Shown: positions 35,640 through 49,865, counted from the first letter of the stretch. The stretch: DNA of 64,000 bases from Macrostomum lignano (GCA_002269645.1 NIVC01001204.1:1-64000); one strand, 5' to 3'. Made by a program: numbers and translations. Notes: a model not told the origin generated them from the sequence alone.

Positions 35640-35925
35640 GGGACAGCGACGTTTGCCTGCGGGACGTTTGCCAGCCGACGTTTGCCAGCCGACGTCTGCC
35701 AGCCGACGTTTGCCAGCCGACGTTTGCCTGCGGGACGTTTGCCTGCAGGACGTTTGCCTGCGGGACGTTTGCCTGTGGGACGTTTGCCAGCCGACGTTTG
35801 CCTGCGGGACGTTTGCTAGCCGACGTTTGCCTGCGGGACGTTTGCCAGCCGACGTTTGCCTGCGGGACGTTTGCCAGCCGACGTTTGCCTGCGGGACGTT
35901 TGCTAGCCGACGTTTGCCAGCCAAC
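35640..35925. repeat. 14/15-bp tandem array (gacgtttgcctgcgg / gacgtttgccagcc)
   Basis: Directly visible. Confidence 0.95.
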
Positions 35926-37053
35926 ATTAAGTCAGTGAGTGAAAAATTTGATACTGAAATGTTCGCAGTTTAGCGGTTTTTTAGTCCAAGTTTTTGACGG
36001 TTGTTCGCATGTATAAAAGTTCGAAAACAAAAGCTACACAAATTATGCAGTTCATCAATCTAGCATCTAGTTTAACAGCAATTTATTTGAATGTGAAAAT
36101 ATAATAAAGTTTACTTCTGACAGTTTTGTATCGCTTTTCTCCAGTTTGAGATGTTTCATTTTTGATTTGCGAATGAAGACACGCAAATTTAAACGGGAAT
36201 CTCAAGCGAGCCAAGTTTTGAGCAAATAAAAGAACTGCTGAACGATAATTCTGGCTTATATATTTCCCAGTTCATTGGGAGATCCGAAAGTAAGCGAATT
36301 AATTCCAATGCAGCTTGTCAAGTGCACGCTGTCATGGTCAAAAACTCCGTTAAACAGAGTTTGGCTTTTGAGTTAAGTATATATAGGCGAGACTAAGCAA
36401 ATACCATTATGGATGTCTCAGTCTTTTCCCATTTAGCTTGTATACACTTAGCTTGTTTGGCTGCTGTGCAACACCGGACGGCCTGTCGGATTTCAACCTA
36501 ACTTACAGGCACCCTACCGGCGGGGACAGGCGCGCACTCGGCTGCGATGCTGGCCACGAAATATTTCGTTGAATAAAATTACAACGAAACTACTGAGCTA
36601 TCTTGTACAAGAGATGTAATGGACCATGTCAGGCAGCAAGCTACATTTACTATCAGATAAGTGCATACAGTCTTCTCAAGCATTGGATTGCTGAATTAAA
36701 ATTTCAATATTTCGCCTTGATCATTCCCTCCTACAGGCTCACATCTGATTGCTAAAGCCATTATCGTTCTCATCACAACTGTAGCAGCGACCTCCGGATC
36801 CGTCTGAAGGCTTGCGGACGTGCAGTGCGCTCCCGACAGCTTCAGCGCCGCAGCCACCTTCTTCCTGTTCTTGGAAAACAGGGAGACTCACTGCGTCATG
36901 ACGGGCTCCGAGAAAGCGCCCACAGGAGCTCTGGTGGCCCAGTTCGACTAGCTCTCCCGAACCTGATCCGTGTTCGATTTCCAATCCGTGTGCCGAGCTC
37001 TGATCTCCGGACGTGGCTACGTTTTAGGCCGTGTTTTACCGATTTCCAATCAA

Positions 37054-37260
37054 TCACCGATCGATCAACGCCAAGCTCAAAAACGTGTGGCTGGCGGACG
37101 GCGTGAGCAGACTGGAGAACCTGGTGTGCCAGGCTGACCGGGACACCAACCAGCTGCATACTGTGGGCGTTGTGTGGAGCAGCGAAAGTGCCGTGTTCGA
37201 CGGAGTGAGCGCCTTCGCCCAGCTGAACAAGACCGGCATCAGCTTCACCACTGGCCTCAG
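37054..37260 (-). CDS. Possible downstream exon of the TMEM145/GPR180-like gene
   Basis: GC3-rich open frame PVLFSWA…AWHTRFSSLLTPSASHTF weakly matches the TM7 H..F..L..P pattern. The strand is ambiguous because a + frame shares the same third positions. Confidence 0.25.
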   Translation of the reverse strand: MRPVVKLMPVLFSWAKALTPSNTALSLLHTTPTVCSWLVSRSAWHTRFSSLLTPSASHTFLSLALIDR

Positions 37261-37273
37261 CTTCACCACTGGC

Positions 37274-38084
<811 letters not shown>

Positions 38085-38149
38085 GTTAATTAAAGCTAAT
38101 TATTAGTCAGCTGAATAACCGACAAAGAACCTTAAAACTCTGACACCCC

Positions 38150-38310
38150 TACCTGTTAACCACGGTCACCCACACCTATCTGTTAGACACGGACAACCAC
38201 ATATGTTAGACACGGACAACCACATCTGTTAGACACGGACAACCACATCTGGTAGACACGAACAACCACATCTGTTAGACATGAACAACCACATCTGTTA
38301 GACACGGACA
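38150..38310. repeat. ~23-bp tandem repeat (ctgttagacacggacaaccacat)
   Basis: Directly visible. Confidence 0.9.
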
Positions 38311-38316
38311 CCCCTA

Positions 38317-38552
38317 TCCGATAATCCCGTAGCCGGCCGGACTATCCCAGCGGTAGAGGCTTAACGCGGCATCGAAGGTGGCCGCTTGAACCGCGTACAG
38401 GGCGATGTAGGCGATGAAAAAGGCGCTCATCAGGCCGGCTATGAGGAAGCTGGCCCAGGTGGGCAGCCGGCCGCAGGTCACGGTGTAGCCAAGGGTGAGG
38501 AGGCTCAGCATCAGCACGAATGCCATCTGAGAGACCGCGTACAGCCCGTGAG
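38317..38552 (-). CDS. TMEM145: TMEM145/GPR180-family (GpcrRhopsn4) internal exon
   Basis: Acceptor ccctccAG, then [20 protein letters not shown]…[20 protein letters not shown], matching the recalled TMEM145 segment LLGKGFTVTRGRI…LYTYESPAGYGLIG. The donor is not canonical as assembled. Confidence 0.75.
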
Positions 38553-38719
38553 CTGGAGGGGGAGAGTGCGAGGAGCGGTGGAGAGAGCTTGTATGGAGAG
38601 ATTGACTGAAGAGCTGATGAGGAGGGAAGTTGGAGAGGTTGAGATAAACAGGATAAGTAGATTTGGTAGGCCTCATCAGTGAGGTGGATAGGCTAGGAAG
38701 GGAGAGGTAGATAAATGAG

Positions 38720-39600
38720 GAAGAGGTAGACTAATGAGAGACAGGTAGACTAATGAGAGACAAGTAGACTAATGAGAGACAGGTAGACTAATGAGAGACA
38801 GGTAGACTAATGAGAGACAGGTAGACTAATGAGAGACAGGTAGACTAATGAGAGACAGGTAGACTAATGAGAGACAGGTAGACTAATGAGAGACAGGTAG
38901 ACTAATGAGAGACAGGTAGACTAATGAGAGACAGGTAGACTAATGAGAGACAGGTAGACTAATGAGAGACGGGTAGACTAATGAGAGACAGGTAGACTAA
39001 TGAGAGACAGGTAGACTAATGAGAGACAGGTAGACTAATGAGAGACAGGTAGACTAATGAGAGACAGGTAGACTAATGAGAGACAGGTAGACTAATGAGA
39101 CAGGTAGACTAATGAGACAGGTAGACTAATGAGAGACAGGTAGACTAATGAGAGACAGGTAGACTAATAGAGACAGGTAGACTAATGAGAGACAGGTAGA
39201 CTAATGAGAGACAGGTAGACTAATGAGAGACAGGTAGACTAATGAGAGACAGTTAGACTAATGAGAGACAGGTAGACTAATGAGAGACAGGTAGACTAAT
39301 AGAGACAGGTAGACTAATGAGACAGGTAGACTAATGAGACAGGTAGACTAATGAGAGACAGGTAGACTAATGAGAGACAGGTAGACTAATAGAGACAGGT
39401 AGACTAATGAGAGACAGGTAGACTAATGAGAGACAGGTAGACTAATGAGAGACAGGTAGACTAATGAGAGACAGGTAGACTAATGAGAGACAGTTAGACT
39501 AATGAGAGACAGGTAGACTAATAGAGACAGGTAGACTAATGAGAGACAGGTAGACTAATAGAGACAGGTAGACTAATGAGAGACAAGTAGACTATTGAGG
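38720..39600. repeat. 19-bp minisatellite (gagacaggtagactaatga)
   Basis: Directly visible. Confidence 0.98.
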
Positions 39601-39779
39601 GTTAGGTAGACTATTGAGGGTTAAATAGACTTTTTAGGGACAGGTAGACTAATGAGGGAGAGGTAGACTTGGGAGGGAGAGAGGTAGAGCAGTCAAAGAG
39701 AGAGTTAGATTGGGGAGACAGAGGGCCTTTTAACGTGCAGCAGCCTTACATGTACCAAAGATGATGACTTCATCACTTT

Positions 39780-39932
39780 TAATGCCAGTGAGTTGAAAAC
39801 CACAGATAGAAAAAATATTAATGCCAGTGAGTTGAAAACCACAGATAGAAAAAATATTAATGCCAGTGAGTTGAAAACCACAGATAGAAAAAATATTAAT
39901 GCCAGTGAGTTGAAAACCACAGATAGAAAAAA
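39780..39932. repeat. 39-bp tandem repeat, 4 copies
   Basis: aatgccagtgagttgaaaaccacagatagaaaaaatatt. Confidence 0.95.
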
Positions 39933-40211
39933 TAAAATCACTGAGCCCAGGAATTTCTTGTAGGTGCTGTGAAACATCTACATGTTGTGAGTTTCTCCGA
40001 AAAAAAGAATGAAGTGTCAAGTTTTGACACTTTAATTTGTGACTTTGTCAAGCGTCAAAAAACCACAAATCTAACTTGTTTTACGAACTTACGTAAACAT
40101 AAATTGCAAATATCAAAGATGAAAGTGATGAGGAGAAATACAAGATTTAACTCTAGAATGTCAGATAGATTCTATTGCGAAATTCTGAAAAACAATTGAA
40201 ATATAAAAAAA

Positions 40212-40895
40212 TCATCACCGATGCCCCAGAATCATCATTGATGCTCAAAAACATCACCGATGCTCCAAAATCATCACCGATGCTCTAACATCATCACCAA
40301 TGCTCTAACATCATCACCGATGCTCCAAAATCATCACCGATGCTCCAAAATCATCACCGATGCTCTAACATCATCACCAATGCTCTAACATCATCGCCGA
40401 TGCTCTAACATCATCACCGATGCTCTAACATCATCACCAATGCTCTAACATCATCACCGATGCTCTAACATCATCACCAATGCTCTAACATCATCGCCGA
40501 TGCTCTAACATCATCACCGATGCTCTAACATCATCACCAATGCTCTAACATCATCACCAATGCTCTAACATCATCACCAATGCTCTAACATCATCACCGA
40601 TGCTCCAAAATCATCACTGATGCTCTAACATCATCACCAATGCTCTAACATCATCACCGATGCTCCAAAATTATCACCGATGCTCTAAAATCATCACCAA
40701 TGCTCTAACATCATCACCGATGCTCCATAACTATCACCGATGCTCTATCATAATCATCACCGATGCTCTAACATCATCACCAATGCTCTAACATCATCAC
40801 CAATGCTCTAACATCATCACCGATGCTCCAAAATCATCACCGATGCTCAAAAATCATCACCGATGCTCCATCAAAAACATCACCAATGCTCTAAC
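40212..40895. repeat. 20-bp satellite (catcaccgatgctctaacat), left portion
   Basis: Directly visible; it resumes in the same orientation at 45061. Confidence 0.97.
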
Positions 40896-41111
40896 GGGTC
40901 CACCCCAACTGCCAGCCGGAAAACTGCCAGCCGACAACTGCCAGCCGGAAAACTGCCAGCCGACAACTGCCAGCCGAAAACTGCCAGCCAAAAACTGCCA
41001 GCCGGAAAACTGCCAGCCGAGAAAACTGCCAGCCGGAAAACTGCCAGCCGGACAAGTGCCAGCTGGAGTACCACTAATATTAATGCAGACAGCTGTAAAA
41101 AATATAGCTCG

Positions 41112-41290
41112 GACTACGTCATCCGTGCCGAAAGCTACTGCCCCCAACCTGTCCAGGACGTCCTGCTCACCATGCAGGGCCTGTTCAGGCGGGACCAGGC
41201 TCAAACCCAGCGATATGTGGACTCACTGGACTGCCTGCTGTGCGACGCCAAGGCGCTGGACACCGCCGGCGGGTGGACTTCGTTCTCTTG
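41112..41290 (+). other. Captured exon-like GC3-rich fragment (DYVIRAESYCPQPVQDVLLTMQGLFRRD…CLLCDAKALD)
   Basis: Coding-like composition after atatAG, inside the foldback element. The protein is not recognised. Confidence 0.35.
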
Positions 41291-42974
41291 CTAGCCCTGC
41301 CCCTATTTCTGTAACTCTTGGGCTAGGTTGCCATTGCATTGTTACAGAAATCAGTTAGCCTAGCTAAAAGTTGTTTTGTTTTATCGCCAACAAAAGTTTG
41401 TTTACAAGCTTGTGCGGCATGTGCGCGAATCAGAGCTGGCAACTTTCGGCTCCTGCACGAACATTTTGGTTCAAATTTTGTATTTTAGGTAGCCTTTGCT
41501 CTTTCTTTGAAAGCTTTATTTAAGTAAAGTAATTTAATAGACTTTTCTAGGATTGCGTCATATAACAATCGCAATAGCAAATTAAATAATAAAGTAAATG
41601 AACTTTCAATACAAAAATATTTACAATAGGCATTACAGAATGCCTTCTTCTTCACATATATACTTCTAATTGAAATCTGAAAAAATTAGGGAAGGGAAGA
41701 GCGACATTTAATGCTACCCCACAAGCCTTTTGCTAGCCAAACAGTTTCGTGCTTTTTACTTAGCTAAGTAGGCTACAGTAGATTCAATCAGCTAGAACTT
41801 GTCGGCTGGCAGTTTTCCGGCTGGCAGTTTTTCCCCGCTGCAAAATATGGTTGTTTCTTTGGCTGATTCCAAGCGGAAACACCGATGTTTCCACACACAA
41901 ATCCCGCCCACACACAAAACCCTCCCAATGAGACGATTCTAGGTGCAAGAAACTGCCAAAAAACCACCGAACACTTGGCGGTTTCTTTCAGAGATTCCAG
42001 CCATGTTGAAAATTGGAATCAACGAAGGAACCCGCCAAAAACTTTGGCGGGTTCTCACAAAGCTTTGGATGATTCCTGCAGAATCCACCATTTACTCTCT
42101 TTCAGGAAACCGCTAAGAGAATCGAATTTCATTTCATTTTTAGAGGCCATTCATTTGCTTGAAATGTTTATATGAAATATATGCTTATATGAAATAAATG
42201 CTTAGCTATATGAAATATATTTAGCAACTATGATTCAACTACATTTTCTTACTGTACTGCTTATCAAAAGTTGTACTTCTTTTCCTCCATTTATTTATGC
42301 TGCACAATTGAGACAACCTTTAGGCTCATTTTCGTTATTTTTGTAATGAAATTAATCTTTACTGATGACCAGTTTGCAAGCAAGTTACTCCATACCATAT
42401 AGTCAATTTTAGGCGTAGTTTCTCGACTTGTTTTTTTATTCTGGCTGATGTAATGCAGTACATTTACACGTCATAGATGGTCCCCAAAAATTTCAGCTAA
42501 ATGAGCGACCGAGTGCCGAGTTGGTTCGTTTTGTAATTCGAAGGTTTTTGAATAAAAAGCATGCAAAGTAAACTTTAAACACGAATTCATTAAACTACAT
42601 GTTGACTTTTCCCGGCAGATCCTCGTCAAAAAACTCCATCGGTTATTCCATCCGAAGATTTCATACATTCACTGTGAGAGGAGAGAAGTGAGAGGAGAGG
42701 GAAGAGAGGAAGGAGAGAGTAAAGAGGGGCGAGAGAAGCGGGAGGAGAGAGTAGAGGTGAGAAGAGGGAGAGATGAAATGAGAGGAGAGAGTAGATAGGA
42801 GAAAGTAGAGAAGTGATAGAGGACAGTAGAAGTGGGAGAGTAGAGAGATGAGAGAGGAGACAGGAGAGATTATAGAGTGGAGATAAGCGAGCAGAGAGAA
42901 GAGATGAAAGAGAGATAGAGATGGAGAGAGATGGAGCTATGAAAGAGGAGAAAGGAAAGAAGAGAGAGCAGAGA

Positions 42975-43925
42975 CGAAATATGTGAGAGTAGACAGAACA
43001 GAGGAGATAGAAGAGAAATATGTGAGAGTAGACAGAACAGAGGAGATAGAAGAGAAATATGTGAGAGTAGACAGAACAGAGGAGATAGAAGAGAAATATG
43101 TGAGAGTAGACAGAACAGAGGAGATAGAAGAGAAATATGTGAGAGTAGACAGAACAGAGGAGATAGAAGAGAAATATGTGAGAGTAGACAGAACAGAGGA
43201 GATAGAAGAGAAATATGTGAGAGTAGACAGAACAGAGGAGATAGAAGAGAAATATGTGAGAGTAGACAGAACAGAGGAGATAGAAGAGAAATATGTGAGA
43301 GTAGACAGAACAGAGGAGATAGAAGAGAAATATGTGAGAGTAGACAGAACAGAGGAGATAGAAGAGAAATATGTGAGAGTAGACAGAACAGAGGAGATAG
43401 AAGAGAAATATGTGAGAGTAGACAGAACAGAGGAGATAGAAGAGAAATATGTGAGAGTAGACAGAACAGAGGAGATAGAAGAGAAATATGTGAGAGCAGA
43501 CAGAACAGAGGAGATAGAAGAGAAATATGTGAGAGTAGACAGAACAGAGGAGATAGAAGAGAAATATGTGAGAGTAGACAGAACAGAGGAGATAGAAGAG
43601 AAATATGTGAGAGTAGACAGAACAGAGGAGATAGAAGAGAAATATGTGAGAGTAGACAGAACAGAGGAGATAGAAGAGAAATATGTGAGAGTAGACAGAA
43701 CAGAGGAGATAGAAGAGAAATATGTGAGAGTAGACAGAACAGAGGAGATAGAAGAGAAATATGTGAGAGCAGACAGAACAGAGGAGATAGAAGAGAAATA
43801 TGTGAGAGTAGACAGAACAGAGGAGATAGAAGAGAAATATGTGAGAGCAGACAGAACAGAGGAGATAGAAAAGAAATATGTGAGAGTAGACAGAACAGAG
43901 GAGATAGAAGAGAAATATGTGAGAG
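42975..43925. repeat. 39-bp purine-rich tandem array, about 24 copies
   Basis: gagagtagacagaacagaggagatagaagagaaatatgt; preceded by a GA-rich tract from about 42675. Confidence 0.98.
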
Positions 43926-45060
43926 CAGAAAGGAGAGGCAATGGGAGAGAGAAGTGGAGTGAGGAGAGAGGATACAAGAAGAAGTAGAATCGAGAGGATG
44001 TATTGCATTATGGATGTAGTGTTGACTATGTATTGCATTTACGCACGAGTTTTTTTATGCCATCTGCTATAATCACATGTTACGTTCCCTTTTTTACAAC
44101 TTTGGTTTGGTCCACTAAAAATATAATATACTATTTTAATAATACAAAGTGCACTATATTTTTGGCTTTAGCCTTGGAAAATGTGAACTCATGTTTTTTT
44201 ACTGTTTGCACTTATTTGGATCATATTAAATGCTTCAGGCTACCCTTGACTGTTGTAGTCTTTGTAATCAATGATTATTGAAGTAGGTGTTTATTACAGA
44301 TAAAGTACACTTCTATGTTACTCGTATTTTAACAATAAATTTCAACATTAACATGCATATTAAAATAGGGTTAACGCGATAATTGTGCTCTACATAGGAT
44401 CCGCAGAATAATTAGATTTCAATCAGTAGCTTCTTCGGCAGTTTCTGAAAAGAAATCCACCCAGGAAACATCCAAGTGTTGGGTGGGTTATTTGGCGGAT
44501 TCCGCACATTTTATGCGTTACATCCAGCCGATTGTCGGCAGTTTCCTCTACACTACAGAGGTAGGCCTTCTTTGGCTGGTTTTCGCAGTAAAATTCCCGC
44601 CCAAAAAACCGCCATATTTTGCAGAGGGCCGGCTGGCAGTTTTCCGGCTGGCAGTTTTCTCGGCTGGCAGTTGTCGGCTGGCAGTTTTCCGGCTGGCAGT
44701 TTTCCGGCTGGCAGTTTTCTCGGCTGGCAGTTTTCTCGGCTGGCATGCAATTGTCGGCTGGCAGTTTTCCGGCTGGCAGTTTTCCGGCTGGCAGTTTTCT
44801 CGGCTGGCATGCAATTGTCGGCTGGCAGTTTTCCGGCTGGCAGTTTTCCGGCTGGCAGTTTTCTCGGCTGGCAGTTTTCTCGGCTGGCATGCAATTGTCG
44901 GCTGGCAGTTGTCGGCTGGCAGTTTTCCGGCTGGCAGTTTTCCGGCTGGCAGTTTTCTCGGCTGGCAGTTTTCTCGGCTGGCAGTTTTCTCGGCTGGCAT
45001 GCAATTGTCGGCCGGCAGTTGTCGGCTGGCAGTTTTCCGGCTGGCAGTTGGGGTGCTCCC

Positions 45061-45752
45061 TGCTCTAACATCATCACCAATGCTCTGAAATCACCACCAA
45101 TGCTCCAAAACCATCAACGATGCTCCAAAATCATCACCGATGCTCCATCAAAATCATCACCGATGCTCCAAAATCATCACCAAAGCTCCAAAATCATCAC
45201 TGATGCTCTATAATCATCTCCGACGCTCCACAATCATCACCGATGCTCCATCAAAATCATCACCGATGCTCCACAATCATCACCGATGCTCCATCAAAAT
45301 CATCACTGATGCTCCAAAATTATCACCGAAGCTCCAAAATCATCACCGAAGCTCCAAAATCATCACTGATGCTCCACAATCATCACTGATGCTCTATAAT
45401 CATCTCCGACGCTCCACAATCATCACTGATGCTTCACAATCATCACTGATGCTCCACAATCATCACTGATGCTCCACAATCATCACTGATGCTCCACAAT
45501 CATCACTGATGCTCCAAAAGCATCACCTATGCTCTAACATCATCACCGATGCTCCATCAAAATCATCACCGATGCTCCAAAATCATCACCGAAGCTCCAA
45601 AATCATCACTGATGCTCCACAATCATCACCGATGCTCTATACACATCACTGATGCTCTATAATCATCTCGGATGCTCCAAATCATCACTGATGCTCCACA
45701 ATCATTATCGATGCTCGACAATCATCACCGATGCTCCAAAATCATCACCGAT
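45061..45752. repeat. 20-bp satellite, right portion
   Basis: Same family and orientation as 40212-40895. Confidence 0.95.
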
Positions 45753-46419
45753 GCACTTCGTTTTGAATTTGGGCTTCTTATTCTCAGCTGCTTGCGAAGC
45801 TGTGTTCTGGCTCATGCCATGCGAATGATAAAGCTAAAGGGGTTGCCCTCGCTGGCTCGGGACTTAATGTCTGCCATGTATATTTGGTCCATAGACTAAA
45901 TACCAAGTGCAAGAGATTGCCTTATCTAAAAGGCTCATGAACAACATTGCTGCAGTATTGCACCAAGGACTACTTGAGTTGTCTTTGTTTTGCACATTTA
46001 TACATGTCCGTCTACAGCTTGTTAAATCAATTTCAAGTAAAACTTCACCTAAACGAGTGTTTGGATTGCGATGAACGATTTTTTGTCAAATTATTATTGA
46101 ATATCTGATAAAAGCGTACGTATGAATGTGCTGTAACAGTGTAGATAGCTTCAGATGCAGCTCAATTAAAATTAACTGCGATCGGAATAGTCTTTTCACG
46201 TCGAGGAATTAATTGTGTCAGTTTGAACTTATTATAATAGTTCTAACTCTTCAGTTTTGAAACAGGAATTTAAAAAACTACCTTTGGAATGATTTTTTTA
46301 AGAAATAAAGCCATTAAAAAGATCAAAGAGAGAAAAACAAAAACACATATAAAGATTTTCTTTGTGCCGTCATGCCAACAACATCGCACCCGCAGCTCCG
46401 GCTCCGCTACGAACACAAT

Positions 46420-48509
46420 TTAAACAGTTCCGTAGATCTTTTTCTCGAGTTCAAAGTCCGACTCTGTCTCCGATTTCACTTCGACTCCAGCAAGCGGCTC
46501 AATCTCCGTGTCGGTTTTGATAATGTCAAACCAGCGCACAAAATCGGCACCCAGACACTCCTTGAACCAGGTGTCAGCCTTGAACGCTTCCAGGGCTTCG
46601 GGGAAGCTATGCGGCAGGTCTTTAGTAGTATCCACCTGGTCAAGCCGGAGATCGCGCTGGATTCCATCCAGTCCAGCGAAGAGAGTCGCCGCCAGAGCCA
46701 GGTAAGGATTGCAGGCGCTGCTCACGATGCGACTCTCGACGCGGCTGGTCTCCTTGCGCTGCGTCTGCAGCCGGAACGTCGTCATTCTGTTGTCAACGCC
46801 GTAGTCGCACTTGGTTGGCGCCCAAGGCGTGTGCAGCCGTCGGTAACAGTTCACCGTTGGCGAGCTGACCGCAGTCAGTGCTCGGGCGTGGTGAAGCAGC
46901 CCAGACAGGAACTGCTCACCTGTTGTGCTCAACTGCTTGCTGCTACTGTCGGCCGCGTGAAAAATGTTTGTTAAGCGATTCCCGCTGGTCCACAGCGACA
47001 AGTTCAAGTGCCAGCCGTTGCCCGTCTGTCCAGGCAGACGCTTCGTCATGAATGAGGCCTCAAAGTCATGTCGACGCGCTGTCTCCTTGGCAATCAGCTT
47101 GAATCGGAAGCCTTCATCGACAGACTCGATGCCCCACTGAGGCAGCAGGTTAACCTCAACCTGACCGGAGCCGTACTCGCTGTGCATGACCTCCACGTGT
47201 AGTCCCGCTGCGCTACAGCTACGCTCCAGATCGGTGAGGAACGGCTCGACTTCGCTGAACACGAAGGCGTTGCCGTACTGCACCGGCTGCCAAGCCGGCT
47301 GACCGTCCTTCAGCTTGAAGAGTCGAAACTCGATCTCGTAGGTGGCGAGAACTTCCAATCCGATGTTGTTCATTTGTTCGATGGCTTGCTTGCAGATGTA
47401 CCGCGTGTCGGTCGGGTATGGTTCCCCAGTGCCTGCTACGAACATGTTGCAAAGCACCTGTTGGAAAATTTAGCACGGAGTTATTTTATGAATCAGATAT
47501 CATGTTAAACTTAAAATGAAATGAATCTTTTATTTGTTTATTAATCTTTTTTATTAGTTTCTTTGTCCAACAGCACACAATAAAAGGTCCAGTTCCGCGA
47601 TCCGCACATGCACGCGGATTAAACAGTTCCATAGATTCCTTAAATTCCGAGTTGATGAGACAAATCACAAGGAGAGAGTGCCTTAATGTTGTCAACACAC
47701 AATGCAAATTCAGCAGTGGTGACACCAATGCTTTGTCCCCCACCCCACCTTGTGAACCGCTATGGAAATCAATACTTTTGCTTTAGGGTGCCAACATTTA
47801 ACGCTTTCGGCGCCAAAATGAGTTCCTGCCTGAGGCGCCAAAACTGAGTAGCCACCAACAAGACACGGGCCTACCTGAACAAGTGGCGCCACCAACAAGC
47901 CACGGGCCTACCTGAACAAGTGGCGCCACCAACAAGACACGGGCCTACCTGAACAAGTGGCGCCACCAACAAGACACGGGCCTACCTGAACAAGTGGCGC
48001 CACCAACAAGACACGGGCCTACCTGAACAAGTGGCGCCACCAACAAGACACGGGCCTACCTGAACAAGTGGCGCCACCAACAAGACACGGGCCTACCTAA
48101 ACAAGTGGCGCCACCAACAAGACACGGGCCCACCTGAACAAGTAGCGCCACTAAGACATGGGCCTACCTAAACAAGTGTAGTGGAGAGCATATGGAGAGA
48201 GTACTGTATATATTCAGTTATCAAATGAAGCAGGTATACTCACATCGCCGTACTGGGCCCCGATTGAGCCGTGTAAGTTCGCAGCGTGCTCCAGTCGGCC
48301 TTGACGATGGCGTTGCCGCAGCCGGAGTCGGCAAGCATCCGCGTCACTGCGGTACCCTGACAGGCCATGCCCAGCATGCCCTGGAACATGGCTAGGCCGT
48401 GCTGTTCGAACGCTTTAAACGCTCGCGGCGTCAGAATCTTCGACCGTGCGCAGCCGTTGATGTCGGGAAAGAGCAGCCTCAGGTACTCGACTCCGTTAAG
48501 TTGATTCAT
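46420..48509 (-). CDS. GSI-type glutamine synthetase-like (lengsin-like) gene; exons 48509-48244 and 47457-46420
   Basis: YLRLLFPDINGCARSK, YEIEF, HSEYGSGQVE, FMTK…GNGWHLNLSLW, PTVNCYRRL, DNR, RVESR…NPYLALAA…AGLDGI and LPHSFPEAL. Donor GTGAGT and acceptor ccaacAG. The splice phase needs one extra base (a G lost at ATG|GT would explain it). Confidence 0.9.
47850..48175. repeat. ~37-bp intronic tandem repeat
   Basis: gccaccaacaagacacgggcctacctgaacaagtggc, about 8 copies. Confidence 0.95.
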
Positions 48510-48989
48510 GCTTTTGTTCTTGCTTAGATTTTGCAGTTTGTGAATACTTGGGTCTCGCGGTTACCGAATCCAACTGGTTCGCGCTTTTCTGCCTCTTGTG
48601 CTTGACTGGCACTAGATTATTTTATTTATGCTGGCTTGTGTGCACACAAATACAACCATTTCTTCCAGTGCTAGCTAATCTCTGCTCCACACACGTATGC
48701 TCAATTGTAGACCACTGTACTCGGCCTACACGCATTTATATGAGACTTCTACGCGCAACCAGAATTTCTACGAGCGTACGATGCAATCTACAGTGAATCG
48801 AGGCATGCAGTGAGCTTCTCAGCTTTATGAATGAGCATGCCGCGCATTTCAGGCCAAATTGAAGCAAGCTGTTATCTAAGGGTACGTTTTATTCGTAGTG
48901 GTCATAATAAAAAGCGGCCGGTCGATAGACCAACTGCCTAGCAAATCAAATTTCAAATGGGTTTGAACTGACCTTATATTTATTTAGGA

Positions 48990-49865
48990 AATCAGAACAC
49001 AGATTGGCTCTCCTGAAACAAAGATTCGTGGACCTGACACACAGTTTGGCTCTCTCCTGACACACAGCTTGGCTCTCTTCTGACACACAGCTTGGCTCTC
49101 CTGACACACAGCTTGGCTCTCCTGACACACAGCTTGGCTCTCTCCTGACACACAGCTTGGCTCTCTTCTGACACACAGCTTGGCTCTCTTGACACACAGC
49201 TTGGCTCTCTTCTGACACACAGCTTGGCTCTCTCCTGACACACAGCTTGGCTCTCTTCTGACACACAGCTTGGCTCTCCTGACACACAGCTTGGCTCTCC
49301 TGACACACAGCTTGGCTCTCCTGACACACAGCTTGGCTCTCTTCTGACACACAGCTTGGCTCTCCTGGCACACAGCTTGGCTCTCCTGACACACAGCTTG
49401 GCAATCCTAACACACCTCGGCTCTCCTGACACACAGCTTGGCTCTCCTGGCACACAGCTTGGCTCTCCTGACACACAGCTTTGCAATCCTGACACAGCTT
49501 GGCTCTCCTGACACACAGCTTGGCAATCCTGACACACAGCTTGGCAATCTTGACACACAGTTTGGCAATCCTGACACAGCTTGGCAGAGCTGACAAACAG
49601 CTTGTCTCCACTAGTACAGCGCTTAGCAGACCTGACACATAGCTTTGAAGACCTGACACATAGCTTTGAGGATCTGACACATAGCTTTTAGGACCTGAAA
49701 CACAGCTTGGCTCATCTGACACACAGCTTGGCTCTCCTGACACACAGCTTGGCTCTCCTGACACACAGCTTGGCTCTCCTGACACACAGCTTGGTTCTAC
49801 TGACACACAGCTGGGGAGAGCTGACACAACTTTAAGGATCTGACACATAGCTTTGCGAACCTGAC
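48990..49865. repeat. 21-23-bp minisatellite (ctgacacacagcttggctctc)
   Basis: Directly visible. Confidence 0.97.

Larger units (their letters stand above)
40896..45060. mobile_element. Non-autonomous foldback/Mutator-like element with minisatellite TIRs and a 9-bp TSD (TGCTCTAAC)
   Basis: The left end gggtccaccccaactgccagccggaaaactgccagccgacaactgcc matches the reverse complement of the right end (gggagcacccc…). TGCTCTAAC is at 40887-40895 and 45061-45069. Confidence 0.75.

Noticed and set aside
42626-44038. Long ORFs of 334-470 aa
   Set aside because: Translations of a 39-bp tandem array that is open in several frames on both strands.
44423-45469. Many overlapping ORFs (LPAGK/ENCQP/TASR repeats), and similar ones at 27.5-28.4, 35.5-36.0, 40.8-41.3 and 48.9-49.9 kb
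   Set aside because: Minisatellite artefacts with no unique coding sequence.
46420-47457. Bacterial contamination (glnA)
   Set aside because: The gene is split by a GT-AG intron and embedded in host satellites.
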